Assembly: GCF_009914755.1 (NCBI RefSeq)
Contig: NC_060927.1
From: the human T2T-CHM13v2.0 reference genome, Homo sapiens
Direction: 5' to 3' (one strand)
DNA: 64,000 bases
The notes below the pieces were generated by a model that saw only the letters and a list, made by a program, of their open reading frames with translations, was not told where the DNA came from and searched no databases. How positions within the stretch are numbered: position 1 is the stretch's first letter; the number at the start of each line of letters is the position of its first letter. Shown in pieces: positions 28,346-49,159 of this stretch. The position numbers and the translations under genes were made by a program.

Positions 28346-29141
28346 TTTCTTGGTGGGACAGCAGAGGAAAAATGGTTTGAGGTTTTTTTTTTTAAATAAA
28401 TAGTACTACAATGCAAATGTACAACACATCTATTTCTCCCTACTCATTAAATAGGCCAAAATTAATTTTCTAGTGGAAGGACTTAGCATTGCTGTTTATG
28501 AAAATAATTTGATGCAAATCAGTAGGCATGCCTTGGGCTTTTTCATTGTTTGCAGCATGAGGACCGTCAAAGTGCTCTGAGAGAATCAGAAGCAGAATAT
28601 TGATGGGGAGAGGGCATTGAACCTTGTGACTTCAAGATTTTCTCCATTGAGGGTGCTAATTTTTTGGGAAAGTGATCAGCTAAACATGAGTTATAGTTCA
28701 ATAAACACCATGGCTGAGCAATTTAAGATGATATATAAAAGGCCCAGTCCAGATCAGGAGGCCAAGTGGACTGGCGATAGGGATGAAGGTAAGACTCACC
28801 ATCCTTAGGAAACTAACCTCTGTATGGCAAGATGCTGGAGCTGGGTGGGCTTGGTGCAAAGTGAACTAAAGATTCACTTGGTTTTGGAATTTGGGTTTGG
28901 TAAAAGCAAAATCACAAATGGATAGGGCTAGATCAAATTGAAATTTAAATGGTAAATAAGAAATGAAAGTGTTGGTCCAAAGTGTTGACAGCCAACAAGT
29001 GTTGGAATGCACTTTTGAATCCAGAACAGGTAACCACCTTGGCTTTCATTACTCATTCTCAGTGGAGGCATGTAGCAGGAGGGTGTCTGATTAGAGGAAC
29101 CACAAACAGGTAGAGCTGGAGAAAGCAGAATAGGAATCAAG

Positions 29142-29549
29142 TGTCAGGAAAAAAGGCTCCAGTATAGCAGTTGCTATCAGGTTGTTCATACCCTGTTTGA
29201 TCCCTTTACCATTTCCTTGTGCTTTGTGTCCCAGCTGTGTCTCTTTTTGTGGGGGCTACTCTCAAGCTGCCAGAGCTCCGTCTGTCTATACTCAGACAGC
29301 CAGAAGGGCCTGGGAATATATACCTCTCTCCCACACCCCCAGCCCTCAAGAGGCAGACTTTTCAAAATGACTAATGTATGGAAGAGCATAAACACTCCAG
29401 TACCTCCCTGTTAATTGTCTCTAGAGCTCTGGGGGATTAAGCCAAAGTTAGGCCTTGTGGACCTCTACTTGATACTGCCTTTCTGATAAATAACTTTTAC
29501 AAAAATTCTCATCTCAAGAGTCTTTTTCTGGGGAATTCAGCCTAAGACA
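29142..29549 (+). mobile_element. Ancient ERVL LTR (LTR16/33-like)
   Basis: 3' terminus ...ctcatctcaagagtc...ctggggaattcagcctaagaca. Confidence 0.5.
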
Positions 29550-30376
29550 CCTAGCTTTTCAAAAATTTGGAAGTAATTCCTAGCTGTTTTATGAGATCTG
29601 GGGGAGTTTTCTTATCAGTTTTTCCTGAATTAGGCTTTAAACATTTTTTAAAGAATATTGATGATTTTATTGATGTGTTGTCTGTGTCACAGGATAACCA
29701 TGGAATCACTGCGTATAAGTAAGGAAAATGATTTTAATGAATCTCTGAGCCCCTTAGTGCTGACACTTTCTCTATGGTTACAGTATAACACAGAGCACCC
29801 ACATTCACCAAAAGAAGCCTTGTACAGGCACCACACCGTAACGTGACCTGGTTACCTGGTTCTGTCCATGGTGGGCATCAGTGTCTTCACCCAAATAGTC
29901 AGGCTCTCCAGATAGGTTTGAAAACTTCAGACAAAGTGAAGATGACAATGATTTTCTGAGAATGACTGAGGAGAACTCTACCAGAAAATTGTAGACAGTT
30001 TACCATGAATACTTAGAGATAAAGAGCTTTTCCAGATAGGCTGTAAGATATAGTAGTTGCAAGTTTCTATTTGTTAAGAAACTGTTTTTATTTTTAAACT
30101 TAACAAAGGTTTAATAGCTTTAACATTTAAAAAATTTATGCACAAATACCTTGGTCCTAAGCCAAATATTAACAAGTCACAGAGCAAAAAGTAAAACAGC
30201 TAATAAAAATATTAGAATCGTTAGAGTTCACTCTTAATTTTTAAAATTCAATTAAAATGAATACAATAACACATTTATCTATCACACAAGCAAAAATTAA
30301 AGTAAGAAACAATAAAAATATGCATCACTAGAGGGCTAACATTACAGGTACTGCATCATTCCCTTAACATGCATTG

Positions 30377-36320
<5,944 letters not shown>

Positions 36321-36510
36321 TGTTAAGAAACTGTTAATTACCCTTGCCAAAAAGTCAACATCTAAATGTCAAGATGTTTCTTAGTACTAGAAGAGGCCTG
36401 GAATTCTACTGTTAGGGACTTTTGCAGCCTGCATGGAAGATCTGAGTTCTGTTTGGCAACTTTATTCTCTGTCAGATTTCAAGTTGCAAAATAATTCTCC
36501 TGTTAGATCC

Positions 36511-36930
36511 TGTGATAGTTAATTTTATGTGTCTATTTGGCTAGGCCATGGTAGTTTGGTCCATCACCAGTCTAGATGTTGCTGTGAAGGTGTTTTTAAG
36601 ATGCAATTAATATTTTTATATCAGTAGACTTTGAGTAAAGCAGATTACTCTTGATAATGTCATAATGTGAGTGGGCCTCATCCAATCAGTTGAAAGCTTT
36701 AAGAGAAGAAGACTGATCTTCCCCAAAGAAGAAGGAATTCTGTCTCCAGGCTTCCTTTGGACTTAAGGTTGCAACATTAACTCTTTTCTGAGTGTCCAGC
36801 CTGTTGCCCTACCCTCATGGCCTACCTTGCAGATTTTGGACTTGCCAGCCCCCATAATTGCATGAATGTGAACCAACTCCTTAAACCCCCCATGCCACCC
36901 ATCTCCACACACACACACACACACACACAC
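36511..36930 (+). mobile_element. MLT2 (ERVL) LTR ending in (CA)n
   Basis: tgtgatagttaattttatgtgtc...gtgggcctcatccaatcagttgaa. Confidence 0.82.
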
Positions 36931-37357
36931 ATCCCATCTTGCTGTGTTAAGTTTGCCTCTTCACATTGGTGAGCCGAGAATGTCTTTAGGCCAGCAAGCA
37001 TGTTCTAGCAGTTTCCTGACTGCCTCCAGATGGCCGGTTAACAGAAGGGTGCTGCCAATGGGAGACAAATGTTTTCCAGGAGACCAGAGGTGGAAAAGAG
37101 AAATTATGATGTTAGGATTTTATTGAAGAGAAACTCTCATTTGGCTTACAAGGTGTTCTGTCTGCCAGCAATTATACAAGTTGCTAAGTGCATTCCAATG
37201 TACATGACAGAAACTTTGTTAATGAGAAAATACAACGAGAAAAAAGTAAAAGAGAGGAGGGAGAGGCCGCCTATGGTAGTAATTTAAATCCTTCAGCTGT
37301 GGTGGTCTTAGTTAGAATCTTACTTTTTGGCAAATATTTGGTGGCCAGGAACAGAAA

Positions 37358-37905
37358 TCAGTGGTCTATTCTTTTACTACTCTAAGTGTGGTTTGTGGAC
37401 TAGCAGCATCTCCATCACCTCGAAGCATGTCAGAAATGCAGAATCTCAGGCCCTACTCCAGTCCTGCCAATCTGAACCCAGAGTTCATCAAGTTCCCCAG
37501 ATGATTCATGTGCACACTGGTTGTAATGCAGTACATGTTTTTGTCCCCCCAGATTCATCATATTGAAACCCTAATCCCCAGTGGGATGATATTTCGAGAT
37601 GAGGCCTTTAGGAGGTGATTTGGTCATGAGGGTAGAGCCCACAGGATGGGATTAGTTCCGTTGTAAGTAGAGACATGAGAAAGCTGGCTTCCTGTCTCTA
37701 TGTTTCCATGCTCCTCCACCATATGAGGATACAAGAAGAGGACAGCAGTCTGCAAATCAGGAAGGGAGCCTTCAACCAGACACTGAATCTGCCAGCACCT
37801 TGACCTTAGACTTCCCAGCCTTCAAAACTGTGAGAAATAAATTTCTGTTGTTTAAGCCACCTAGTCTATAGTATTCTGTTACAGAAGCCCAAACTAACTA
37901 AGATA
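37358..37905 (+). mobile_element. MER5A-like element (37358-37520) followed by MLT1A0 LTR (37521-37905)
   Basis: cagaaatgcagaatctcaggccc; ccctaatccccagtg...cttcccagccttcaaaactgtgagaaataaa. Confidence 0.75.
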
Positions 37906-38409
37906 TTGGTCTAGTTTATTACTCCTTGTCGTAAATTTGTAAGTCTTAATGCAGAAAAGTAACCTGAAATCATTCAGTTCAGGCTCTGGTTTTAAGGTTG
38001 GTGAGTTATCACCATCCCATTCTACACGTAAGACACCTAAGGCCTGGGAGCTTAAACCAGTTGCCTAAAGTCATAGAACGAGTTGTCTTCTGCCTCCAAA
38101 CACAGCACATCCCACTATGTACCAAATTTTTCAGAGTCTCTGTGAAGTCTTTCTACATTTCTCCTTGACAGAATGAATTTCCTGGCCTGAATTCATTTCT
38201 CTGAATTTGGGGGAGAAAAGACAAATGTTACCTTGTCATTTTCGCTTTTACTCTCTAAAGCAGGAAAGAAAAGTTTCAGGGAAACATTACAGTTTTTCCT
38301 GAGGGAAAATCATCTTGACATATAGGATAAAAGTGCAGACTCTAGAGCTTGAGGGAGACCTATTTCCAAAAGGATCATGGAGCTTATTTCTGTCACGTGA
38401 ATGTGCGTG

Positions 38410-38411
<2 letters not shown>

Positions 38412-38442
<31 letters not shown>
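38412..38442. repeat. (TG)n microsatellite
   Basis: Direct reading. Confidence 0.95.
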
Positions 38443-38444
<2 letters not shown>

Positions 38445-38884
38445 CATGGAGTGGAGAGCTTTTAGTACACTCAGTCAAATATAGAGATGTCACTTAGAGA
38501 GGCACTTACAGCAGAACCTGCTGTCCTATATATAAAAAACAGTACTGTACTGTACTTAATTTAGCCCTCCAGAAAGGGTCATGAATATGCATTTTGTCTA
38601 AGAAAATTATTTCTTTTCACAACCTCATGTGTGATGCTGTAGGCTAAGCTAATCAATGTAGTTAAATTTAGCCCTGGTTTTGAAAGTTTGTTTTAGAAAA
38701 GGTCACGGTACTAACCCTATAGTTTATTGTGTGAGGAAAGAAAGCATCATGGCAAACCAAGCAACTGATGTGCACCCCCATCCTAAGAATATAAACATAT
38801 TGTTTGTATTTGAGGTTCAGTTCCACTTGCAGTTAGTGATATTATTCTCAAAGTTGACTTGATTCCTGCTGTGCTGTGAAATAT

Positions 38885-39170
38885 ACAAGGACAAAAAACC
38901 AAACACCGCATGTTCTCACTCATAGGTGGGAATTGAACAATGAGAACACTGGGACACAGGAAGGGGAACATCACACACCGGGGCCTGTTGTGGGGCGGGG
39001 GGAGGGGGAAGGGATAGCATTAGGAGAGATACCTAATGTAAATGACGAGTTAATGGGTGCAGCACACCAACATGGCACACGTATACATATGTAACAGACC
39101 TGCACGTTGTGCACATGTACCCTAGAACTTAAAGTATAACAAAAAAATATATAAAAAAAAAAGAAAAGAA
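38885..39170 (+). mobile_element. Short L1PA (about PA5) 3'UTR fragment with A-tail
   Basis: caaggacaaaaaaccaaacaccgcatg...ccctagaacttaaagtata followed by polyA. Confidence 0.9.
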
Positions 39171-39627
39171 AGATATTGTCTACCATGGGGGTGTGGGAGG
39201 TCTGTGAGCTTGCCTTTCTCTGGGCAAGGGGGTTGCCCAGAAGGCTGGGGTTGGGCATTTATTCAACCTGTGCATGTAGATATGGTGTAAAAGAAGGCAG
39301 AAAAGGGCATCTTACAGATGAGAAGATTTGATTGGATACATCCTTTGATATGGCACTCAGTTACATGAAGAGGCTTAGGGCTGGGGTGCGATGGAGACAC
39401 TACCTCTCCCCTGCTACATCCACAACTGTGAGAGCTGGAGCACTTTCAAGGGCCAGGAGATTCTGCCTTCTCTTTGCAGAGGTGGGGATTGGTGATGGTA
39501 GATGGTGTGCTGGCCAGGAGAGGAACTGAGGATCAGAGAGGTAAAGTGACTCACATCCCAGAGCTTCAAAGAAATCTGGCCAAACTGAAAGCGGAGGCTG
39601 TGCCCCTCTATTTAGAGAGGTGACAGC

Positions 39628-39812
39628 CTAGAACAGTGCTGTCCAGTAGAATTTTCTGCAGTGTTGGAAATATTCTATAATTTTGTCACAGGTGACTATT
39701 GAGCACTTGAAAAGTAGCTAGTGCAACTGAATTTGTCATTTTATTTAATTTTAATAATTTTAATTCAAATAGCCACAAGTGGCTAGTGTCTACCATATTA
39801 GGTCAATTCTAA
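39628..39812. mobile_element. MER3 hAT MITE
   Basis: cagtgctgtccagtagaattttctgc...ctattgagcacttgaaa...tagccacaagtggctag. Confidence 0.78.
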
Positions 39813-40170
39813 AAGAAGTGGTACTTTAAAGAGATGAAGTGGGAAAGCAAGAGTGAATTCAGGGAAAAATACAGAGTTCAGGTTATGAAAGCCAGGATTC
39901 TGAAGGTACATATGAGAACTATCTGGAAAGCATCAGAAAAATAAAGCTTCCTAGACCCAGACCAGGACAGCCCAATCAGAGTCTTTTGGTACATAACCTT
40001 TAAATGAGATCTACCATATTCATTGGTAAGAAGAGGCAGATCTGGGAATGTGGGTTGCAAATGATAAAAGGTCTTGCCTGCCAAACTTAAGATTTTATAC
40101 TCAATTTTATTGGCAGCGAGGGCCTCATTGAAAGGGGAGAGTCACATGGTGAGTGCATTAGGCAAGGCTT

Positions 40171-40510
40171 GCAGCAGCCTGTGTAAGACATGATGCCAAT
40201 GGAAGATAGGAGATGATTGCAGAGCTGAGTGTTAAAAGATACCTGGAGTATTCATTTCTCCCTCAGAATATGAGTGTGTTTATTTCACTGGGGGCTGTCC
40301 ATATTCTTCTCTGGCTTGAACATTGGTTCAAAACATTTCTGCAGCAGCCTGTGTAAGACATGATGCCAATGGAAGATAGGAGATGATTGCAGACCTGAGT
40401 GTTAAAAGATACCTGGACTGTTCATTTCTCCCTCAGAATATGAGTGTGTTTATTTCACTGGGGGCTGTCCATATTCTTCTCTGGCTTGAACATTGGTTTG
40501 AAACATTTCT
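40171..40510 (+). repeat. Tandem duplication, 2 x 170 bp (~97% identical)
   Basis: 40171-40340 vs 40341-40510, 5 substitutions counted. Confidence 0.95.
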
Positions 40511-41200
40511 TAGCAAATATGCTGCTGCATGCCTCCAGTCCCACTAAATGTTACGGTGATTGAAAATTACAGTTGCTTCCCTTGGGCGCAGAGGGGGCTC
40601 TTTGTAATGAAATAGAGATGCAGCAGCCATTTGGCATGTGGAGTAACAGCTTCTCTGGGACCTCCAGCAGGGGCCCATGGTATCATAAAAGGGGATGAGT
40701 CACCAGGGAAAGGAACAATTGTGGGTCTCAGAGTGTGCCCTTCCCTCTCTATGACTTCTGAGCTCCAATGAGCAATCTTAACTGCTGTCACCGGGAACTA
40801 GGACACCGTGAACACAGTGTTCGAGGCCCAGCCGATGACTCACTGCATAACTCTGATAAACTATTTCATGGTTCACAGTGGGGAGAGAGATTGCTTTTAA
40901 AAATTGAAAAGGAAAAAATAAAATACAATATATGTTGAATTGAAGTTTTGAGATGGATAAAATGCCTTTTCCCAAACAGCAAAGTATCAGAAGAGTCAGT
41001 TTTTTTTCTTTAATAGTGCCGGGGAAGGCATGGGGGAGGGAGAGACTGGGTATCCTTATAAGCTGCTGGGAGAATGGAAAGCTGGGGTTTTAGGAGTGGT
41101 TTTTATCTTGTTGGGAGAGTTCAGCTGTCATCCTGAAGGACAGGTGACCTCTGCCTGGGAAGTGTTTTCCTCTAGCTATGCTGTTGGCCCTTTATGTGTA

Positions 41201-41310
41201 CAGTTACACATCACTTAAAAACGGGGATGCGTTCAAAGAAATGTGTCCTTAGGCAATTTTGTCATTGAGCAAACATCATAGAGTGTACTCCCACAAACCT
41301 AGATGGTACA
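41201..41310 (+). mobile_element. Tigger3 terminal fragment
   Basis: Matches the first ~110 bp of the Tigger3 at 1598. Confidence 0.75.
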
Positions 41311-42262
41311 TTTATGCTAAGTTTCGGGTGAATTTGGCGTCTTACAGAGCACATGATCGGCCACCATCTCACTCTGGCCCCTCCCACTCTCTTTCCCTCC
41401 ACCTTTCTGGAACAGGGCCAAAGCCCTCCTCTTGTTCCCTGGCAGAAGGGATCATATCATTTTCTTTCCCTGCACTTTTATTAGGTATTTTTCTAAATAC
41501 AATTTCTTAAAAAAAATTCTCACAACAACAATTATAAAAGCGAATCTTTCTACCTACTAAATTAATAAGTGCCATTTTATGGAGCATCTACCATGTTCTG
41601 GACATTATGCAAGATGAAGCATTTTAAGAAGACTTTGAAGAGGGCCAGGAGACTAAACCTCCAGAGAGAAAAAAATTTAGTCATCTGAGATGTAATTGAT
41701 ATCTGACAAAGGACTCACTTTAGCAGTGCCACAGATGTGGGCTCTATTATTTTCTTGAAGGTCTGAGGATTAAAGTTATAATATTAAAGAATGTGACTTT
41801 GCTGGCACCTGACTATTTTTCTTTAAGAGATGTTTATCTCTTATCCTTTATATTTTGTTTTGTAACCATGAGTCAAGATATTTTTATTATAATGTCCAAG
41901 TCTTTAGATGGGTTCCTTAGAAGCACAGCCTGAGATGGGTATCTGGTGCATGTATCTTATTGTGGAGAGCTCTAAGGATGTGGGTGTGTGTATATAGAGT
42001 TTGGTGTGGGGTTGGGGGCTGTGTCCAGATAAAAGGAGCTGAGCAAGGATGTGGTCTCAGCTGGAGACTAGCCTCAGTCTGCTCACACAGGGAGCTCTGG
42101 GGCATGAGTAACACCACAAAGATGGTTTTACCTTAAGTCACTCAGTCATTGGCCAGGACTGCCCCTGGGGCAGAGATGTGGCATCATCTTTTCAGTAAGG
42201 AGGGCTTCTTTGATCCAAGAACAATTCTGTGGAGAATAGAGTATCTGTGTGCTGTCAGCAAC

Positions 42263-43509
42263 TGTTATAGGCTTCACTGAGTCCCCGCTAAAAGCCATAT
42301 GTTGGAGCCCTAACCCCCAGTACTTCAGAATGTGACTGTATTTGAAGACATGGCTTTTAGAGAGGTGGTTAAATTAAAATGAGGCTGATAGGGTGGGCTC
42401 TAAGCCAATCTGACTGTGTCCTCATAAGAAGAGGAGATTAGGCTTTTCAATGATCGCCATTCTAACTGGCATGAGACGGTATCTCATTGTGGTTTTGATT
42501 TGCGTTTCTCTAATGACCAGTGATGATGAGCTTTTTTTCATATGTTTGTTGGTCACATAAATGTCTTCTTTTGAGAAGAGTCTGTTCATATCCTTTGCCC
42601 ACTTTTTGATAGGGTTGCTGGAGAGGATGTGGAGAAATAGGAATGCTTTTACACTGTTGGTGGGAGTGTAAATTAGTTCAACCATTGTGGAAGACAGTGT
42701 GGTGATTCCTCAAGGATCTAGAACCAGAAATACCATTTGACCCAGCAATCCCATTACTGGGTATATACCCAAAGGATTATAAATCATTCTACTGTAAAGA
42801 CACATGCACATGTATGTTTATTGCAGCACTATTCACAATAGCAAAGACCTGGAAACAACCCAAATGCCCAAAAATGATAGACTGGATAAAGAAAATGTGG
42901 CACATATATAACATGGAATACTATGCAGCCATAAAAAAGGATGAGTTCACATCCTTTGCAGGGACATGGATGAAGCTAGAAACCATCATTCTCAGCAAAC
43001 TAACACAAGAACAGAAAACCAAACACTGCATGTTCTCACTCATAAGTGGGAGTTGAACAATGAGAACACATGGACACAGGGAGGGGAACATCACACACTG
43101 GGGTCTGTCAGGGGGTGGGGGACTAGGGGAGGGACAGCATTAGGAGAAATACCTAATGTGGATGATGGGTTGATGGGTGCAGCAAACCTGGGTGTAGCAA
43201 ACCATCAGGACGCGTGTGTATCCATGGAACAAACCTGCATGTTCTGCACATGTATCCCCAAACTTAAAGTATACAAAAAAAAAAAAAGAGGAATAAGAGA
43301 TTAGGACACAGGGACACCAGGGTATGCATGCACAGAGGATGACCTTGTGAAGAAGCAGCAAGAGGGAAGCCAAGGAGAAAGGCCTCAGAGGAATCCAACC
43401 CTGCTGGCCCCTTAATCTCCAACCTCCAGAACTCTGGGAAATAAATTTCTATTGTTTAAATCACCCAATCTGTGGTATCTTCTCATTACAGCTCTGGCTG
43501 ACTTAATAC
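42263..43509 (+). mobile_element. MLT1B LTR, nested in an older ERVL-like LTR (~41893-43600) and split by an L1PA
   Basis: tgttatagg...aacccccagtacttcagaatgtgactgtatttg...aagaagaggagattagg | L1 | gagattaggacaca...taataca. Confidence 0.8.
42443..43287 (+). mobile_element. 5'-inverted (twin-primed) truncated L1PA (about PA7)
   Basis: 42443-~42615 is antisense ORF2 (NPIKKWAKDMNR...); ~42616-43287 is the sense continuation to polyA; degenerate TSD ending gagattagg. Confidence 0.9.
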
Positions 43510-45019
43510 AGCAGCCAACATGCACAGCAGCTAGCAGACGAGGGTGTGCCAATTATACTTTGGAGTGTGTCTGGGAAGAGAATTTGTGTGGGGCATTGAT
43601 AGTAGCCACTACACCCACTTACAAATGAGAACACCGTGACCCAGAGAAGTGAAGTAGCCCACCTGAGGTCACACAGCCAATAAGCAACGGAGGCAGAATT
43701 TGATTGCCATCTGACCCTACAGGTGGTCCTCCTAGTCACTACTTTGTATCATCACTTCTGTTGCAAGGCAGTTTTTCTCAGAAGCAGCAGATGTCACCAG
43801 TTAACTTTGACTTCAATTTCTTTTTGGTTTTTTGTTTGTTTTGTTTTGTTTTGTTTTCATCTAAATTGTGCTTACCTTATACAAAATGGAGCTTCTGGGG
43901 GAAATTGAGGCAACTCAGCACAATGCCTATGTCTGTGTGTCTTCTCAAAGTATTGACTTTTACCTTATGTAAAAGGTAAAAAAAAATCTTATGGTTTTGG
44001 GGACGTTGTAGCATATTAATCATAGGTTTCCTATACATATGAGAAAATAATATTTTTATTTTTAATGTTTTTATTAAAAATGAATTTGAGCAGTTTTCAC
44101 ACCCACAAATGTTATTTTTGGGAAATTAAGAAATGCTTTGATGGCTGTCATGTTAATACAAATAATAACTGTAATCATTCTAAGCACTGCCACTCCCAAT
44201 TTGTAATGAATGAACATGGTCTTCATAGAGGCCACATTGAGATACAAGAATAAATCAGTTTGTTCTTATTAGAGCCTTATAATAGCCTTGTTCAGTATTT
44301 TCTGGCTTGGTGTAATAAAGCCATTACCCTCTTCAGAAAACTAGAAAAGAAAGGACAAATAGAGATGGACATCTTTTGGTAGCTGCCTTCTGCTGAGGGC
44401 TCCCACCACCCACCCTCTGTCTGCCCCATGACAGCCAGCTCCGCAAACTTTAATGCTGAACTATGATTAGATATGCAGAGAGAGGCAGGGTGTCCGGGGC
44501 AGACTCTAGGGCACCTGGAGAAAGCTCCAGCCTAACAGCATTTGCTGTCACACTCTGGGTCCTCTTGACTGAGTTCTGGGACTTGACTGAGTGGGCCTGC
44601 AGGATGTAACTGGAAGTTTTAGTACGATGAAGACATTTTTTGCAGTTCGAAGGTATGACTACATCTGAGATATAAGTTCAAAGTATGTGAAAAAGAGGAA
44701 AGGGGTGGGGGAGTCTTAGGAAAAACATCTGTATCTCCTTCCTCTCCTCAGCTTCCCCTCTCCACGTTACTCTCCCAAAGGATTAGTTAATTCTTTGTAT
44801 ATGATATTATGTGGCAATTTGAAAGTCCTTATCTCTTAGAGATTTATGTACTCATTTATTCAGCAAGAAGTTTTGGGTGTCTGCTTTGAATCATGTGTTG
44901 GGGATACCATGGTAAGCAGGATGGGTGTGGCCTCTGCCCTCCTGGAGCTTACCATCTACCTGGAATATTAGAAGGGATTTTTATTTCAGCAGACATAAAG
45001 TGCCAGTCATTGTGCTGAA

Positions 45020-46590
45020 TTAGTGGTTCTCAAACTTAAGGGTGCATCAGGATCACCTGGAGAGCTTGTCAAACCACACATTGCTGGACCTTCATCCCAG
45101 TTTCTGATTCAGTAGGTTGGAGGTATAGGCAAATTTGGAAATTTTTATTTTTAATAAGAGCCCAGGTGATGTTGTTCTTGCTATTCTGGGGACCACCCTT
45201 TAAGAACCATTCTGGGAAGCCTGTCACATGGATTTGCTTAAGGCATTCTAATGGTTAAAACCATCTGGGATGGTGGTGGGCCCACAGGCTGAGATCTTCT
45301 AAATGTCTAAAAGGAACTAAGTTCCTTTAGAGGAAACTTGGTTTTCTCTTCAGGCAAAGTTCCTGTTTTATGAAAACACTCTTTTTTAAAAAAATTGTTA
45401 ATGTATATCTGGATCGTTTTAGCAGTTTAAAGAGCTAATGCAGTAGATGAAGTGACAGGGAGTTTTTCATTTAACAGTTGCATCTGTATGTCATTTTCTC
45501 CTCGAAGGTTCTATAAGATAGAGCAATAGTTCTCAAAGTGTGTTTCCAGACGAGTGGCATAGTTAGAAATGCAGAATCTCAAGCCCCATTCCAGACCTAC
45601 TGAATCAGAAACACTGGGTGTGGGAGCAAGAATCTGTTTTAACAAGGCTTCCAGCTGATTCTGAGGCACACTCAAGTTTGACACATCTGAGATAGATGGT
45701 AGTGAGAACTAGGCTCAGGCTGAATCTGATTCTCCCAGCTCCCTTAAGACGGTTTACCAGGATGACTAAGCTTCAGTTTTTCTATCTCGTAAGTCAAAAG
45801 TCTATCCCTTGTTGTCTAATATCTTTCAGAGCTACAAGAAAGATAATCATGACCTTTCTGAAATGGTTTTACTAGCAAAGATGAAAATTTCTAACTAACC
45901 ATAAATAGACTTATTCAGTGAAAGAAAGGGGATTCAGATGCAGCAGTGTGACCTTCGGTTGGTCATTAGCTTGTCTGAACCTTACTTTTCCTATCTGAAA
46001 AGTGGGCAGAAAAATGTCATTCTAGTCTACATTGAAGAGTTGTTGCAAAGATCAAATGGTATCTTTGTGCTATTAAATGGTATCAAATTTTTGTGGTATC
46101 AAATGTATATCAGCATGCTTTTTAAACTGTAAAATGCACACAAATATAAAGATTATAACTTTGGGCTGCTCACCCTTAGCTTTGTTCTTTTCTATCAACA
46201 AAATGGGAGTAGTTGAATTACTTATACCTCTATGGAGATTTTAAGTAATTTAGACAACTAATAGCACAGTAACTTGAGCTCTTCTAAGGTAAAGTTTTTC
46301 TTACGTTTATGTTTTGTCTTTAACATACAAAGGTTGAAATATGTAGAAATAGTATAAAATCTTTTAGATTTTATTATAGTGTATACTCTTATTTGAACTA
46401 GTCACATTCTAGAGCAGTGATTCTGAGAGGGCAGCCTCCAAACCAGCAGCATCAGCATCAGCTGGGAACTTGTGAGTAATGCAGATTCTCAGGTACCACA
46501 CCAGACCTGCTGAATCAGCAAGTCTTGGGGTGGGACCCAGAGATCCGTTTTAACAAGCCCACAGGTGATCCTGATGCTCACACAAGTCTT
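45020..46590. mobile_element. Three MER5A-type MITEs (~45020-45212, ~45525-45690, ~46410-46590) with MIR fragments between
   Basis: tagtggttctcaaactt...; agaaatgcagaatctc...gacctactgaatcagaaac; ccagacctgctgaatcag. Confidence 0.7.
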
Positions 46591-47254
46591 AGAGAAAGGC
46601 ATTTATTTGGGTCTTAATTGAAGGATCTGATAAAGGCCATCATTTTCCTGGAACAGGGTGATGTCTTCGTTTTTCCAGCATGGATTTGAAACATCTGTGT
46701 CCAAACTCGTGCAGCCATTATTGGATTCCTTCATAAACACATTCTGTTACTGCTTGCCTGGCATACAGAAGATCTGGAATGCCACTCCAGTATACCCATT
46801 ATGAGGCTGACTTCAGGGTGCAAGGAAATTAAAGCTGTTTATCAGACTCTTTTCCCCTTAGTGACAGGAGAAAGGAATCTTAAGCTAAGAAGGCTTCAAG
46901 TTGGGTCTATGTATGAAAAACATGAGGCGTGACAAACACAGTTTGAACGGACTTACGTTTTTTTTGACTTTTCCCTTTGAAAATGAAAATGAGTCCTTTT
47001 GTGGGCAGCACCAAATTAGTGGTGCTTACTTAAGAAATACTGGAGACAGATTCATTCCAGTTTGTTTCATAACTTAGGTGGCAGAATGGCACTTTTCCCT
47101 GGCCACTTCTTTCCTTCTTCCCCTTCTAGGAGGAAATCTTAGGTAGGAGAGGGAAAGGGACTAAGGCTGTCTGTACACAATGAGCTACGTTTTGGGAAGA
47201 GGAGCTTAGTGTTTTAACAAAAGAAAGGTTTGTCTGTGTTGTAGAGATATGACT

Positions 47255-47440
47255 TGGTCCACTGCCTATGTTTGTAAATAAAGTTTTATTGGGACATAGC
47301 CACACTCATTTATTTATGTATTGTCTGTTTTCACACTACAAAGGCAGAGTTGGGTAGTTGTGACAGAGACCACGTAATCTGCAAAGCCTAAAATTGTTTT
47401 ACTATCTAGCCCTTTACAGAACATATTTGTCAACCCCCCT
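47255..47440. mobile_element. MER58A-like hAT MITE
   Basis: tttgtaaataaagttttattgg...gcagagttgggtagttgtgacagagacc...gccctttacaga. Confidence 0.8.
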
Positions 47441-47687
47441 TGCAGAGGTTTCTTCTGAGCTGCTTGAAGGAAACCTTGACGGAATCAGTGGACAGGAAGG
47501 ACAGTGGGAGGTGAACAGTGTGGTGAAATGCCTGCGGGTTCCTGTGGAGTCCACAGAAAGGAAACCACAGAGAGGCGAGATTCCATATTGCCCATTTCAG
47601 TTGGGTTCAGTATGGATTTTGAGAAATTATTCTATTTAAAATAAATAAATATTTTAAACTTGAGTATATATTTGCAATTGTCTAATA

Positions 47688-49159
<1,472 letters not shown>

